The notes under the pieces were generated by a model. The model was given only the letters and a program-made list of their open reading frames with translations. It did not search any database and was not told where the DNA came from. Made by a program: the position numbers and the translations under genes. A stretch of 48,884 nt of DNA, taken from NCBI GenBank assembly GCA_963977445.1, contig CAXBPH010000009.1, positions 1 through 48,884 on the forward strand. Reading direction: 5' to 3'. Shown here one piece after another: positions 1 to 8,166 of the stretch (positions are counted from its first letter, which is position 1; the number at the start of each line of letters is the position of its first letter). Source of the DNA: an uncultured bacterium (lineage in GTDB: Bacteria > Hydrogenedentota > Hydrogenedentia > Hydrogenedentales > JAEUWI01).

Positions 1-769
1 CGTCCATGCCCTTGTCGTATATCTTGATCTTTTCTTCCATGCTGAGATCATCCCACACCAGCATTTTTCGATCGCCGCCTACCATGATACGGCGGAGCTT
101 TACCGGGGCGAGCCAGTTGAGGTGTAGGTGGGCCATGAAGTTATCTTCATAAAAGAGCGTAACATAGGCCATATCTTCCAGGCCGGTGCCAAAATGGTCG
201 GCACCATGGGCGCTCACCGCCACGGGCAGGGTGGGCAGGAGGTAGTGAAGGATGGAGAAATCGTGGGGAGCCAGATCCCAGACCACGTTTACATCGCGCT
301 GGTAAATGCCCAGATTCACCCGGGCCGAGTCGTAGTAGAAGAGCTTACCCAGTTCCTCTTGCTCGATGGCCCGTTTCATCAATTGGACCGCACCGGTAAA
401 CAAGAAGGTGTGGTCCACCATGAGGACCCGCTTTTTTTCTGCGGCCAGCTCCACGAGAATGCGGGCTTCTTCGGCGGTGGTGGTCATGGGTTTTTCGAGA
501 AAGACGTGTTTGCCAGCTTCGAGACTGGCCTGTGCCAGTTTGAAGTGGGTGGAGACGGGCGTCGCGATGGCAATGGCATTGACCCGTTCGTCGACAATGA
601 CCGCTTCCGCTTCCGCCACATGGGCGTTGGGATAGGCCGTTTTGGCCAGCGTTCGTTGCCCTTCGTCGGCGTCGGCAATGGCAAAGAGGGTGCAATCCGG
701 GTTGCCATTAAAATTGCGCGCGAGATTGGGTCCCCAATATCCGAAACCGATCAGTCCCACATTCAGCAT
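1..769 (-). CDS. Gfo/Idh/MocA family NAD(P)-dependent oxidoreductase (3' end runs off the window)
   Basis: Manual translation from ATG at 769 gives MLNVGLIGFGYWGPNLARNF (Rossmann GxGxxG), later HVFLEKP and WDLAPHD. It is absent from the ORF track because the stop is outside the window. Confidence 0.88.
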   Translation of the reverse strand, partial: MLNVGLIGFGYWGPNLARNFNGNPDCTLFAIADADEGQRTLAKTAYPNAHVAEAEAVIVDERVNAIAIATPVSTHFKLAQASLEAGKHVFLEKPMTTTAEEARILVELAAEKKRVLMVDHTFLFTGAVQLMKRAIEQEELGKLFYYDSARVNLGIYQRDVNVVWDLAPHDFSILHYLLPTLPVAVSAHGADHFGTGLEDMAYVTLFYEDNFMAHLHLNWLAPVKLRRIMVGGDRKMLVWDDLSMEEKIKIYDKGMD

Positions 770-770
770 G

Positions 771-1913
771 CTACTCAACCTCCCTGTTGACGGCCTTCAG
801 TATACCATGGTCGACCAGTCCGTGGGCGATAGCCCGTGCAAGGACCCCATTGCCTGCGGGGGTGAAATGATAGTCCACCGGTGCCAGGGTCAGGGGGGTG
901 CCCCGATCGGCATCCCGGAAGTATGGGGTACAGTCAACTACCGGTATGCCCGCCGCTGCGACCCGGGGGAGGAGATACTCGTAAATGGGCTCTGATGGGG
1001 TATCGCCGTAGATTTGGACGAAGGTGGCTGACCAGGCCCAGACCAGCTGGATGTTTCGGGCGGTACACCAGGCGTCCATATCTTCCAAAACGTTCAGATA
1101 GACGTCTGCACGGGCGAGCACCACGGGATCGGGCTGAGGGAGGTGGTGCTTGAGACTTTGCAGGTTGCCCAAGGCACCGGGGAGCAACGCACCGTAGTCC
1201 ATGCCACCCGGAACTACGTAGCGGCTGGCATCGGCCACCGTTTCGTGGTCCAGCCCGTGGCCCCGATAGCCGGGAAAACGTGCGGTAAAATAGCTGTCCA
1301 GGAGCCATTCTCCCGTGGCACTTCGTGCTGCCCAAAGGGCCCCATAATTTAAGAAGGCCAGGGGCTCCGGGTCATAACCAATGAGTTCCTCGACGCTCTT
1401 GTTGCGCATTTCGTAAATGTCGTTGGCCACATAGGTCAGCACCACCACGTCCGGCTTCAGATCCGCTACATAGTGGCGGAGAATCCAGTATTCCCGATCG
1501 ATGCTGGAACCACCCCGCGCCGCATTCACCACTTCCACGGTATAGCCGGATGCTCGCAGCTGGCCTTCCAGGAGCACGGGATAGGTGTCTGGATTGTCCA
1601 CCAGGAAGCCATCCGTAATACTGTCGCCGAGGGAAACGATTCGCGTAATGCCCGGTGGTTTTTCTTTGGTAATTTCGGGGCCCCGAAAACCCAGGCTGTT
1701 GGTTTCCACCAGATAGGGGACCGACATCAACTCCATGGGAATCCGGCTGTTGGGGTGATACAGGCTCGTGTGATTCAGGGGCGTGGCATCAAAGAGGCCC
1801 AGGGGGCGATCGGTGCACAGGCGCACGGCTCCTTCCACCAACACCAACCCGGCGGCGCAGACTACGACACAGTAGGTGCAGTAGAAAAGCACGAAGCGCA
1901 ACGTTTTTACCAT
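771..1913 (-). CDS. Membrane-anchored SGNH/GDSL hydrolase family protein
   Basis: N-terminal TM segment, NSLGFRG, block I LGDSIT, YVANDI and C-terminal DYHF (DxH). Start placed at MVKTLRF; the track ORF begins at 1982. Confidence 0.8.
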   Translation of the reverse strand: MVKTLRFVLFYCTYCVVVCAAGLVLVEGAVRLCTDRPLGLFDATPLNHTSLYHPNSRIPMELMSVPYLVETNSLGFRGPEITKEKPPGITRIVSLGDSITDGFLVDNPDTYPVLLEGQLRASGYTVEVVNAARGGSSIDREYWILRHYVADLKPDVVVLTYVANDIYEMRNKSVEELIGYDPEPLAFLNYGALWAARSATGEWLLDSYFTARFPGYRGHGLDHETVADASRYVVPGGMDYGALLPGALGNLQSLKHHLPQPDPVVLARADVYLNVLEDMDAWCTARNIQLVWAWSATFVQIYGDTPSEPIYEYLLPRVAAAGIPVVDCTPYFRDADRGTPLTLAPVDYHFTPAGNGVLARAIAHGLVDHGILKAVNREVE

Positions 1914-2044
1914 ACAAACTCCTACAAAAGGCCAACGCACCGGCAGATTGACCACTATCGCCTGAAAAGCAGCCTTTGACACTTGGGAGCTGGAAGCTGG
2001 AAGCCAAATGACTTAGAAGATGTCCGAGATGAATCTTCGCTGAT

Positions 2045-2707
2045 TTAGACCCGCATGTCGGGAAAGTAATGAACTTCGATCAAGAGACACATGGTGTGCC
2101 AGAGGGCAATGTGTGCCTCCTGGATTACTTTCGTCGAATCTCCGGGGGCTTTAATGGCGATATCGGCGAAGGCCGCCATCTTGCCGCCCTTGGGGCCGGT
2201 CATGGAGACGGCCGTCGCGCCGTTGGCTTTGGCGGTGGACATGGCCATGAGGCAATTGTCGGCGTTACCCGAGGTGGAGAGGCCCAGCAATACATCGCCG
2301 GGCTTCACCAGGGCGTTCAATTCCTGCGCAAAGGCGATGTCGCGAATGGGATTGTCATTCTCGACCGCCGTCTTCAGGGCACCGTTGAAGCCCAGGGCCA
2401 CGGCGGAAAGGCCCGCTTCCAGATTTTCGGCCAGCTCATCACCAAAGGGGAGCCCGGCAAATTTACTTTTCAATTCGGGACTCAGGGGTCGCAGGCGTTC
2501 GAAGCTCTTATTGAGTTCCCCCACGATATGGAGGGCATCGCCATTGGATCCGCCATTGCCACAGGTAAAGAGGGTGCCGCCACCTTCATAACATTGAACG
2601 AGGGTGTCGTGGAGGGCCAGCAGGCCTTCCTGGCAGGGGCTGAGGTCGGGGCGTCGGGCCGTCAGGCCATTGAGAACATCTTGCTCCAGGGGGGAGAGGG
2701 TGGACAT
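2045..2707 (-). CDS. gmhA: SIS-domain phosphoheptose isomerase (GmhA-like)
   Basis: CGNGGSNGDALHIVGEL, GDVLLGLSTSGNA and IQEAH motifs. Start placed at MSTLSP. Confidence 0.75.
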   Translation of the reverse strand: MSTLSPLEQDVLNGLTARRPDLSPCQEGLLALHDTLVQCYEGGGTLFTCGNGGSNGDALHIVGELNKSFERLRPLSPELKSKFAGLPFGDELAENLEAGLSAVALGFNGALKTAVENDNPIRDIAFAQELNALVKPGDVLLGLSTSGNADNCLMAMSTAKANGATAVSMTGPKGGKMAAFADIAIKAPGDSTKVIQEAHIALWHTMCLLIEVHYFPDMRV

Positions 2708-2900
2708 GGGTAATTTCCTTCGAATTTTGGGAGCCACAGCAGATTAATGCGTCGAAAATCTTCAAAAGGGGCCAAAACGCCGCCAAAACCGAGGGGGAAG
2801 GCGGGAAAAAGAACGGACCCATTTCAGCCGCTAGTATAGCGCGTATCAACGGGTTAAGGCACCTCCCAAGTTTGTGAAGCGTAAAGCCGTAAAAATATAT

Positions 2901-2929
2901 TTGACAAAAGAACGGTCTTGCGCTATAGT
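2901..2929 (+). promoter_or_regulatory. sigma70-type promoter for the first DUF1559 gene
   Basis: TTGACA (2901-2906), 17-nt spacer, TATAGT (2924-2929), with an AT-rich UP-like stretch immediately upstream. Confidence 0.75.
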
Positions 2930-2935
2930 TTGGTT

Positions 2936-3256
2936 GTGAGGGCGTTACGGAAAGCGCAGGTTGACGTCAGAGGCCCCGGCTGATGACGATTAAACAGCAA
3001 CAACGCCCCCACGGGACCCGTTCCGGTGCACCGAGCCGGTCCCGCCTGACAGTTGAAGTCCCGCGATAGCCCGGACATGGCAGCAAGTCGGATTGGAAGA
3101 CGATTTAGCTGGCCGTCGGCCGGAGGCAACATACGGACCTTCGGGTCCAACCCGGGGCGGGTTGAGTCACAACAACGCCCCCATGTAGCCCCCGACTGGT
3201 TATCGCTTTTCACGTTGGTAGGTTAAGGAACAATTCAACACTCTGGAGTTACCCCT
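2936..3256 (+). promoter_or_regulatory. Long structured 5' leader (candidate riboswitch or attenuator, class not assigned)
   Basis: About 320 nt between the promoter and ATG. Contains a GGACC-TTCG-GGTCC hairpin (3135-3148) and a duplicated 14-mer CAACAACGCCCCCA (2998-3011, 3170-3183), each copy complementary to an upstream GGGCG tract. Confidence 0.4.
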
Positions 3257-4138
3257 ATGAAAAAGTCTGGTTTCACACTCATCGAATTGCTGGTCGTAAT
3301 CGCGATCATTGGTATCCTCGCCGCAATCCTGCTGCCCGCCCTGGCCCGTGCCCGGGAAGCCGCGCGTCGCACGAGCTGCCAGAACAATCTTAAACAGCTT
3401 GGCCTCGTCTTCAAGATGTACGCAAATGAGTCCGAAGGCGAAAGCTTCCCCCCCATGAAGGTCTATAACTGCCAGGATGATATCCAGGCCGTTAACGCCA
3501 TTTTTCAGGGCGAACTTATTTTCCCCGAATACTTGACCGACTGGGACGTACTCGTATGCCCAAGTGCCTCCGGCGGCGGCACGGCTGTTAAAATCTGGGA
3601 CGAAGGCAGCACGAACAGCCCCCTCTGGATTGATATCGTTGACTTCAGCAACAATGGCGTCGTTGAGCCCTGCGAAATCATCTCCGGTCCCTACTACTAC
3701 TATGGCTACGCACTTAGCGACACCATGTTTGAGACCACCGCAGACTTCGACAACTTTAAGCTTGCCGTCGAAGGCCTGAAGGACCTCATCGAAAACGTAG
3801 ACCCCAACGCGGTTTCCAGCGATTGGTTCCTGGAAGACATTTCCTCCAACCCAGTCCCAATTAACGGCACGGACACGGCCCTCCGCCTTCGTGAAGGTAT
3901 TGAGCGCTTTCTCATCACCGACATCAACAACGCGGCTGCCGGTGCACAGGCTCAGTCCACCCTGGTTGTCATGTTCGACGGTATCGCCGACAACACCTAC
4001 GACTTCAACCACATCCCCGGTGGTTCCAACGTTCTCTACATGGATGGCCACGTGGAATTCCTGAAGTATGAGTCCGCTTCTGCCGGAACCTTCCCCCTCA
4101 ATCAGGCCGGCCTCGACCTCTACGCTGCCGGTCAATAA
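3257..4138 (+). CDS. Prepilin-type N-terminal cleavage/methylation protein, DUF1559 family (paralog 1)
   Basis: [50 protein letters not shown] and C-terminal H-X9-DG motif [22 protein letters not shown] upstream. Confidence 0.93.
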   Translation: MKKSGFTLIELLVVIAIIGILAAILLPALARAREAARRTSCQNNLKQLGLVFKMYANESEGESFPPMKVYNCQDDIQAVNAIFQGELIFPEYLTDWDVLVCPSASGGGTAVKIWDEGSTNSPLWIDIVDFSNNGVVEPCEIISGPYYYYGYALSDTMFETTADFDNFKLAVEGLKDLIENVDPNAVSSDWFLEDISSNPVPINGTDTALRLREGIERFLITDINNAAAGAQAQSTLVVMFDGIADNTYDFNHIPGGSNVLYMDGHVEFLKYESASAGTFPLNQAGLDLYAAGQ

Positions 4139-4191
4139 TACAAATCGCCTGGTGTACATAGCTGGCTGAGCTGTCCTCAGCCGCCCTGCGG

Positions 4192-4228
4192 GGCCTGGTC
4201 CAACCGGACCAGGCCTCTCTTGGTTTTT
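4192..4228 (+). terminator. Intrinsic terminator after DUF1559 paralog 1
   Basis: Perfect 10-bp stem GGCCTGGTCC-AACC-GGACCAGGCC followed by a T-rich tail. Confidence 0.7.
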
Positions 4229-4277
4229 ATGTGGGGTCTACGATGGCGTTACCTTGCTCTGGGCACTCTATCGTGAT

Positions 4278-4306
4278 TTGACAGGCCTCACTCCGGGTGC
4301 TACTAT
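4278..4306 (+). promoter_or_regulatory. sigma70-type promoter for the uORF and DUF1559 paralog 2
   Basis: TTGACA (4278-4283), 17-nt spacer with extended -10 TG, TACTAT (4301-4306). Confidence 0.75.
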
Positions 4307-4342
4307 TAAGAATGCAATGTCATTAAGGATGGAATCTCGACC

Positions 4343-4618
4343 GTGAAACTGAGTGTGACGCAACGAAAAATGGCCCTGTTGGGTGTGGGACTGCTGCTGG
4401 CGGTCGCCATACTGCTGGGCGGCGTGCACCATCACGACGGGGACCATGGCTGCTGGTTTTGTCTGACCGCAGCCTTCTGTGTACTGGCTGTTGCCGTACT
4501 GGCACTCTTTGCGCCCAAGAACTACGCTACCCTTATTCACGTCGACGTGACCCCCATACCTTCCTGGTTTCTATGGGTCACCCATCGCCATCGGGGCCCC
4601 CCGGCACGCCACGGATAA
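4343..4618 (+). CDS. Small DUF2946/CruR-like leader peptide (putative metal-sensing ribosome-arrest uORF)
   Basis: 91 aa with a GTG start and AAGGA upstream. Hydrophobic segment, HHHDGDHGCWFC (His cluster plus CxxC), second hydrophobic segment, and C-terminal HRHRGPP. Confidence 0.7.
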   Translation: MKLSVTQRKMALLGVGLLLAVAILLGGVHHHDGDHGCWFCLTAAFCVLAVAVLALFAPKNYATLIHVDVTPIPSWFLWVTHRHRGPPARHG

Positions 4619-4859
4619 ATCTGTCGCGTATCCACGGAATAGCTATTCCCATGCATCAGCCCACATCCGCAGCAATTGCTGAAATCCGTCCCCGAGTAAT
4701 TTGACCCCCCGTCGAATATCTACGCTACCCGTGTAGCCCGGTGACCATCAGCATGCCCACCGCGGAAGAGTTGTGGACCGTTGCCCCTGCCATTCTGTGC
4801 GCGCGACCCCATCCCTTGTTTTGCCACCCTCAATTTTTCCCCGAATGGAGATCGTTACC

Positions 4860-5759
4860 ATGCGTCGCACTGGTTTTACCCTCATTGAATTGCTTGTCGT
4901 TATCGCCATCATTGGCATTCTTGCAGCCATCTTACTGCCCGCCCTGGCCCGTGCCCGGGAAGCAGCCCGCCGCGCCAGTTGTCAGAATAACCTCAAACAA
5001 ATGGGCATCGTCTATAAGATGTATGCCAACGAAGCACCCGGCGAGAAATTTCCGAGTATGAAAGTCCTCAATTGCGAAGACGATATCCAGCCCTGGAACG
5101 CCGTTTTCGACCCCAATCAGATCTATCCCGAATACCTCACAGATCTCGACACCCTCATTTGCCCCAGTAGCGCCAATGGTGCCACCGCACTCGAGCACTG
5201 GGACGAAGGCAAAACGCCCAGCCCCCTGTGGACAGAAATCGTCGGTTTCAGCAACAACGGCATTGTAGAGCCCTGCGAAATAAACGTAGAGCCTTACTAT
5301 TACTATGGTTACGCCCTGTCCGACACCATGTTCAAGGAGACGATAGACTTCACCAATTTTGAAGCCGCTGTTGAAGCCCTGGCGAATGTGGTTTCCAGCG
5401 GATTCATTGAAGCCGTCGACGCTGATTGGCCCATGGAAGACGACCTGGGCAACCCTACCCCGGTTGGTGGCCAGGCTACAGTATTGCGCCTCCGTGAAGG
5501 CATCGAGCGTTTCTTTATTACGGATATCAATAACGCGGCGGCAAGCAGCGTGGCGCAATCGGTTATCACGGTCATGCACGATGCCATTTCCGAGGAAGCC
5601 GCCCACTACAATCACGTACCTGGGGGTTCCAATGTGCTCTATATGGATGGACACGTGGAATTCATCAAATATACCGGTGCATTCAACGGAAAGTTTCCCA
5701 TAAATCATGCGGGTTTTGTGCTGCACGAAGCCGGTGAAGGGGGACACGTTCACCTATAA
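4860..5759 (+). CDS. Prepilin-type N-terminal cleavage/methylation protein, DUF1559 family (paralog 2)
   Basis: [34 protein letters not shown] and a His-containing tail [11 protein letters not shown]. Colinear with paralog 1 along its whole length. GGAG RBS before ATG 4860. Confidence 0.93.
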   Translation: MRRTGFTLIELLVVIAIIGILAAILLPALARAREAARRASCQNNLKQMGIVYKMYANEAPGEKFPSMKVLNCEDDIQPWNAVFDPNQIYPEYLTDLDTLICPSSANGATALEHWDEGKTPSPLWTEIVGFSNNGIVEPCEINVEPYYYYGYALSDTMFKETIDFTNFEAAVEALANVVSSGFIEAVDADWPMEDDLGNPTPVGGQATVLRLREGIERFFITDINNAAASSVAQSVITVMHDAISEEAAHYNHVPGGSNVLYMDGHVEFIKYTGAFNGKFPINHAGFVLHEAGEGGHVHL

Positions 5760-6037
5760 CGCAAACGACCCAGGGAATGTCCCCGGCTCTTCTGGCGTGG
5801 TGTCTTGCATCGCGCCGAGGCCGGGGGCACCCTGTTTTAAAGGGGATTGGTGTTCCTGGGGTAGAAAATAGCCCGCCCCGCCACGAATGGGAGCGGGGGC
5901 CATATTGGAGCTTCAAAAATAAAATTGTTAAATCGATAAGAATATTGGTACACTATGAACTTAGTGTCAGATACGTACTTCCACCAGTGCCTCTGATTTT
6001 CACCCCAATAATGCAAAAGAATACAAAGGATAAGAAT

Positions 6038-6238
6038 ATGCCTACAGGTACCGTAAAGTTCTTCAATGAAGCCAAAGGCTTTGGTTTCATCACGCCCGAC
6101 GGCGGCGGCGATGATCTGTTCATCCACATCTCCAACGTCAGCCCCTCCGAAGGAATCCTTTCGGAAGGTCAAAAGGTCTCTTTCGAGATCGGCCAGGGTC
6201 GTAAGGGACCGGAAGCCAACGAAGTGCGTTCGGCCTAA
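6038..6238 (+). CDS. Cold-shock protein (CspA family)
   Basis: 66 aa [32 protein letters not shown] with RNP1/RNP2 motifs. AAGGA RBS. Confidence 0.95.
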   Translation: MPTGTVKFFNEAKGFGFITPDGGGDDLFIHISNVSPSEGILSEGQKVSFEIGQGRKGPEANEVRSA

Positions 6239-6551
6239 CCGACGCCTTTTCGGCTACAACAGTTTAATCCGTGTATCGTGTGGACAATCTGGTTCTATTT
6301 TAAACGTCTCATGTGTGCTTCGGTTCACATAGCGTTGACAGTTTGTTTGCATCGTCGACGACGAGTACTGCAGCATATCCTTAATTCTTAGAATATTGAG
6401 ACGGTCTGGTGGAGACCAACTTTTTGTTTTGGAAATAAATTTATGGTGCGGGGTTGCGACCAAGAGTGTGGGTAGTATTGAGCACTTGAATATCTCAAGC
6501 GCTCGACGATTCTCCATCAGCCCCGGCTGACGCGTACACCGGTTATTTTTT

Positions 6552-6590
6552 AAAAGGCCAGGCGGTAGATTTTCTACCGCCTGGCCTTCT
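6552..6590. terminator. Strong, possibly bidirectional, intrinsic terminator
   Basis: 16-bp perfect stem AAGGCCAGGCGGTAGA-TTT-TCTACCGCCTGGCCTT with an A-run on the left. Confidence 0.7.
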
Positions 6591-6641
6591 CTGTGCCTGG
6601 GGAGGGAAGGTCAATTTGCTTCGTTGGGCAATGGGGCATAA

Positions 6642-6946
6642 ATTGACCTGAAAATAGTAGATGTCGGGGTGAACAAGGCTACGGTGGCTTCCCACAACGT
6701 CGGTCATTCTCGTGGTGCCCCGGGTGTTGCTTTTGTTACCCTGGGCGGTGGTGAATATATTGACCTGAAAATAGTAGATGCCGTGGTGCCACCCGATCCG
6801 GTACTCCGGTTCGGGTGCCTTGAGCCTCGTTCACGGTATGGCTTGGGAGATGACTCGGAGTTGGCCTTGTTTCTTTTTGGGTGGATGTCGTGGTAAACAA
6901 GGCTACGGTGTGGTTCAATTATGTCCGTAGACCTCGTGGGTCAAGG
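6642..6946. repeat. Left mosaic repeat flank of the RAYT gene (REP/REPIN-like)
   Basis: ATTGACCTGAAAATAGTAGATG at 6642 and 6759, plus blocks re-used on the right flank (6675-6715 = 8059-8099; 6896-6946 = 7697-7747). Confidence 0.85.
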
Positions 6947-6989
6947 GTGAATCTTATAGCAGATACGGTAGCTTCATGAGGAACACGTC

Positions 6990-7559
6990 ATGGTCGTGCG
7001 CAGAGTCTATCGGAAGTCTCGGAGAACATTAAATACCGAAGGAGAGGCCCACTTTGTAACATTCTCCTGTTTCCAACGTCGTCCTTTTTTGTCTCGTGAC
7101 CGAACTCGGGAGTATTTCGTCGCGGGCATGGAGCGTATGCGCAGTCGGCATGAAGTCAATATCTGGGCCTACGTTGTTATGCCCGAACATGTTCACCTGC
7201 TAATCTACCCGGTGTACGCGGACTATAAGATGGAGAAAATTCTGGCCACGCTCAAGCTTTCCGTTTCTCGAAGAGCCCTCGGGTATCTACGAAAGCACAA
7301 TCCTGCGGGTCTGCGGCATCTAAGCACGGGGCAAGTGCACACGCCATACCGATTTTGGTTGGCTGGCGGGGGTTACGACCGGAATACGGTTTCCTTCGGG
7401 GCATTGAAAAATATGATCGAATATATTCACAACAATCCGGTACGACGTGGGTTGGCGCAGGACGCTTTGGAGTGGAAGTGGTCCAGTGCGCAAGAATGGA
7501 ATGCGGAAGGGGGTGGGCCACTGCGGATAGACAGGGACACCTTGCCACCGTTGAAGTAG
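6990..7559 (+). CDS. REP-associated tyrosine transposase (RAYT/TnpA-REP, Y1 HUH family)
   Basis: HFVTFSC, WAYVVMPEHVHLL (HUH), FW..GGYDR, EYIHNNPVRRGL (catalytic Tyr plus NPVxxG) and WKWSS. Confidence 0.88.
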   Translation: MVVRRVYRKSRRTLNTEGEAHFVTFSCFQRRPFLSRDRTREYFVAGMERMRSRHEVNIWAYVVMPEHVHLLIYPVYADYKMEKILATLKLSVSRRALGYLRKHNPAGLRHLSTGQVHTPYRFWLAGGGYDRNTVSFGALKNMIEYIHNNPVRRGLAQDALEWKWSSAQEWNAEGGGPLRIDRDTLPPLK

Positions 7560-7589
7560 GGATGGGGGGTGCGGACCATGTGGGCAGGT

Positions 7590-8126
7590 ATTAACCTGAA
7601 AATAGTAGATGTTGTGGTGTTCTTGGCCTGATTCACGTTTGGCCTGGGAAATGGTTCGGAGTTGGCCTTGTATCTCTTTGGGTGGACGGCGGGGTGAACA
7701 AGGCTACGGTGTGGTTCAATTATGTCCGTAGACCTCGTGGGTCAAGGCACCCGAACGTGCTGTTTGAGTCCATAGTGGTAGACCGGGAGGTGTGGGTGGG
7801 TCGGTTGTGTAATTTGGGGCGGGGGTGTTCTATAGGCACGATCGGGTGGCACCCGGGGTATGCTTTTGTTGTCCTGGGCGATGGGGCATGCATTGACCTG
7901 AAAATAGTAGATGCCGTGGTGCCACCCGATCCGGTACTCCCGGTCGAAGATCCGTCGCAGGAGGATTCGGGTGCCTTGAGCCTGGTTCATGGTATGTCTT
8001 GGGAGATGACTCGGAGTTGGCCTTGTATCTCTTTGGGTGGACGGCGGGGTGAACAAGGAAGGCTACGGTGGCTTCCCACAACGTCGGTCATTCTCGTGGG
8101 TCAAGGCACCCGGGGGTTGCTTTTGT
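7590..8126. repeat. Right mosaic repeat flank of the RAYT gene (REP/REPIN-like)
   Basis: Further copies of the 22-mer at 7590 and 7892. Inverted pairs GATCGGGTGGCACC/GGTGCCACCCGATC (7840/7918) and CGGGTGCCTTGA/TCAAGGCACCCG (7968/8101). Confidence 0.85.
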
Positions 8127-8166
8127 GGCCCTGACCGGTGGGGCTCGTTACCGGGAGTGGGAGCAG

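Noticed and set aside
2987..3049. A frame in the first leader reads ...PVPVHRAGPA*, containing the SecM-like RAGP arrest motif
   Set aside because: An in-frame TGA lies at 2984, and the only start in this frame is a GTG two codons before the motif. ATG 2983 is in another frame. It is probably chance unless reads reveal an indel.
2955..3135. Firm call of a cobalamin, yybP-ykoY or fluoride riboswitch, or a hammerhead ribozyme
   Set aside because: Only isolated words match (CCGGTGCA, CAACATAC, GCTGATGAC, CTGATGA). The other required conserved elements are missing, so the leader is left unassigned.
3257..5759. Diversity-generating retroelement template/variable pair between the two prepilin paralogs
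   Set aside because: Similarity extends over both full coding sequences with ordinary divergence, and no reverse transcriptase is in the window.
6990..7559. IS200/IS605 element with TnpB or IscB
   Set aside because: There is no accessory nuclease gene, and the protein carries RAYT-type NPVxxG and WxWSS motifs with repeat-rich flanks.
6642..8126. CRISPR array interpretation of the repeated 22-mer
   Set aside because: Spacing is irregular, the intervening sequences are themselves repeated, and no cas genes are present. The adjacent RAYT explains the repeats better.
6669..8134. Short ORFs in the RAYT flanks (6669-6896, 7682-8134, 7742-8056)
   Set aside because: They are translations of the repeat modules, with no recognisable domains.
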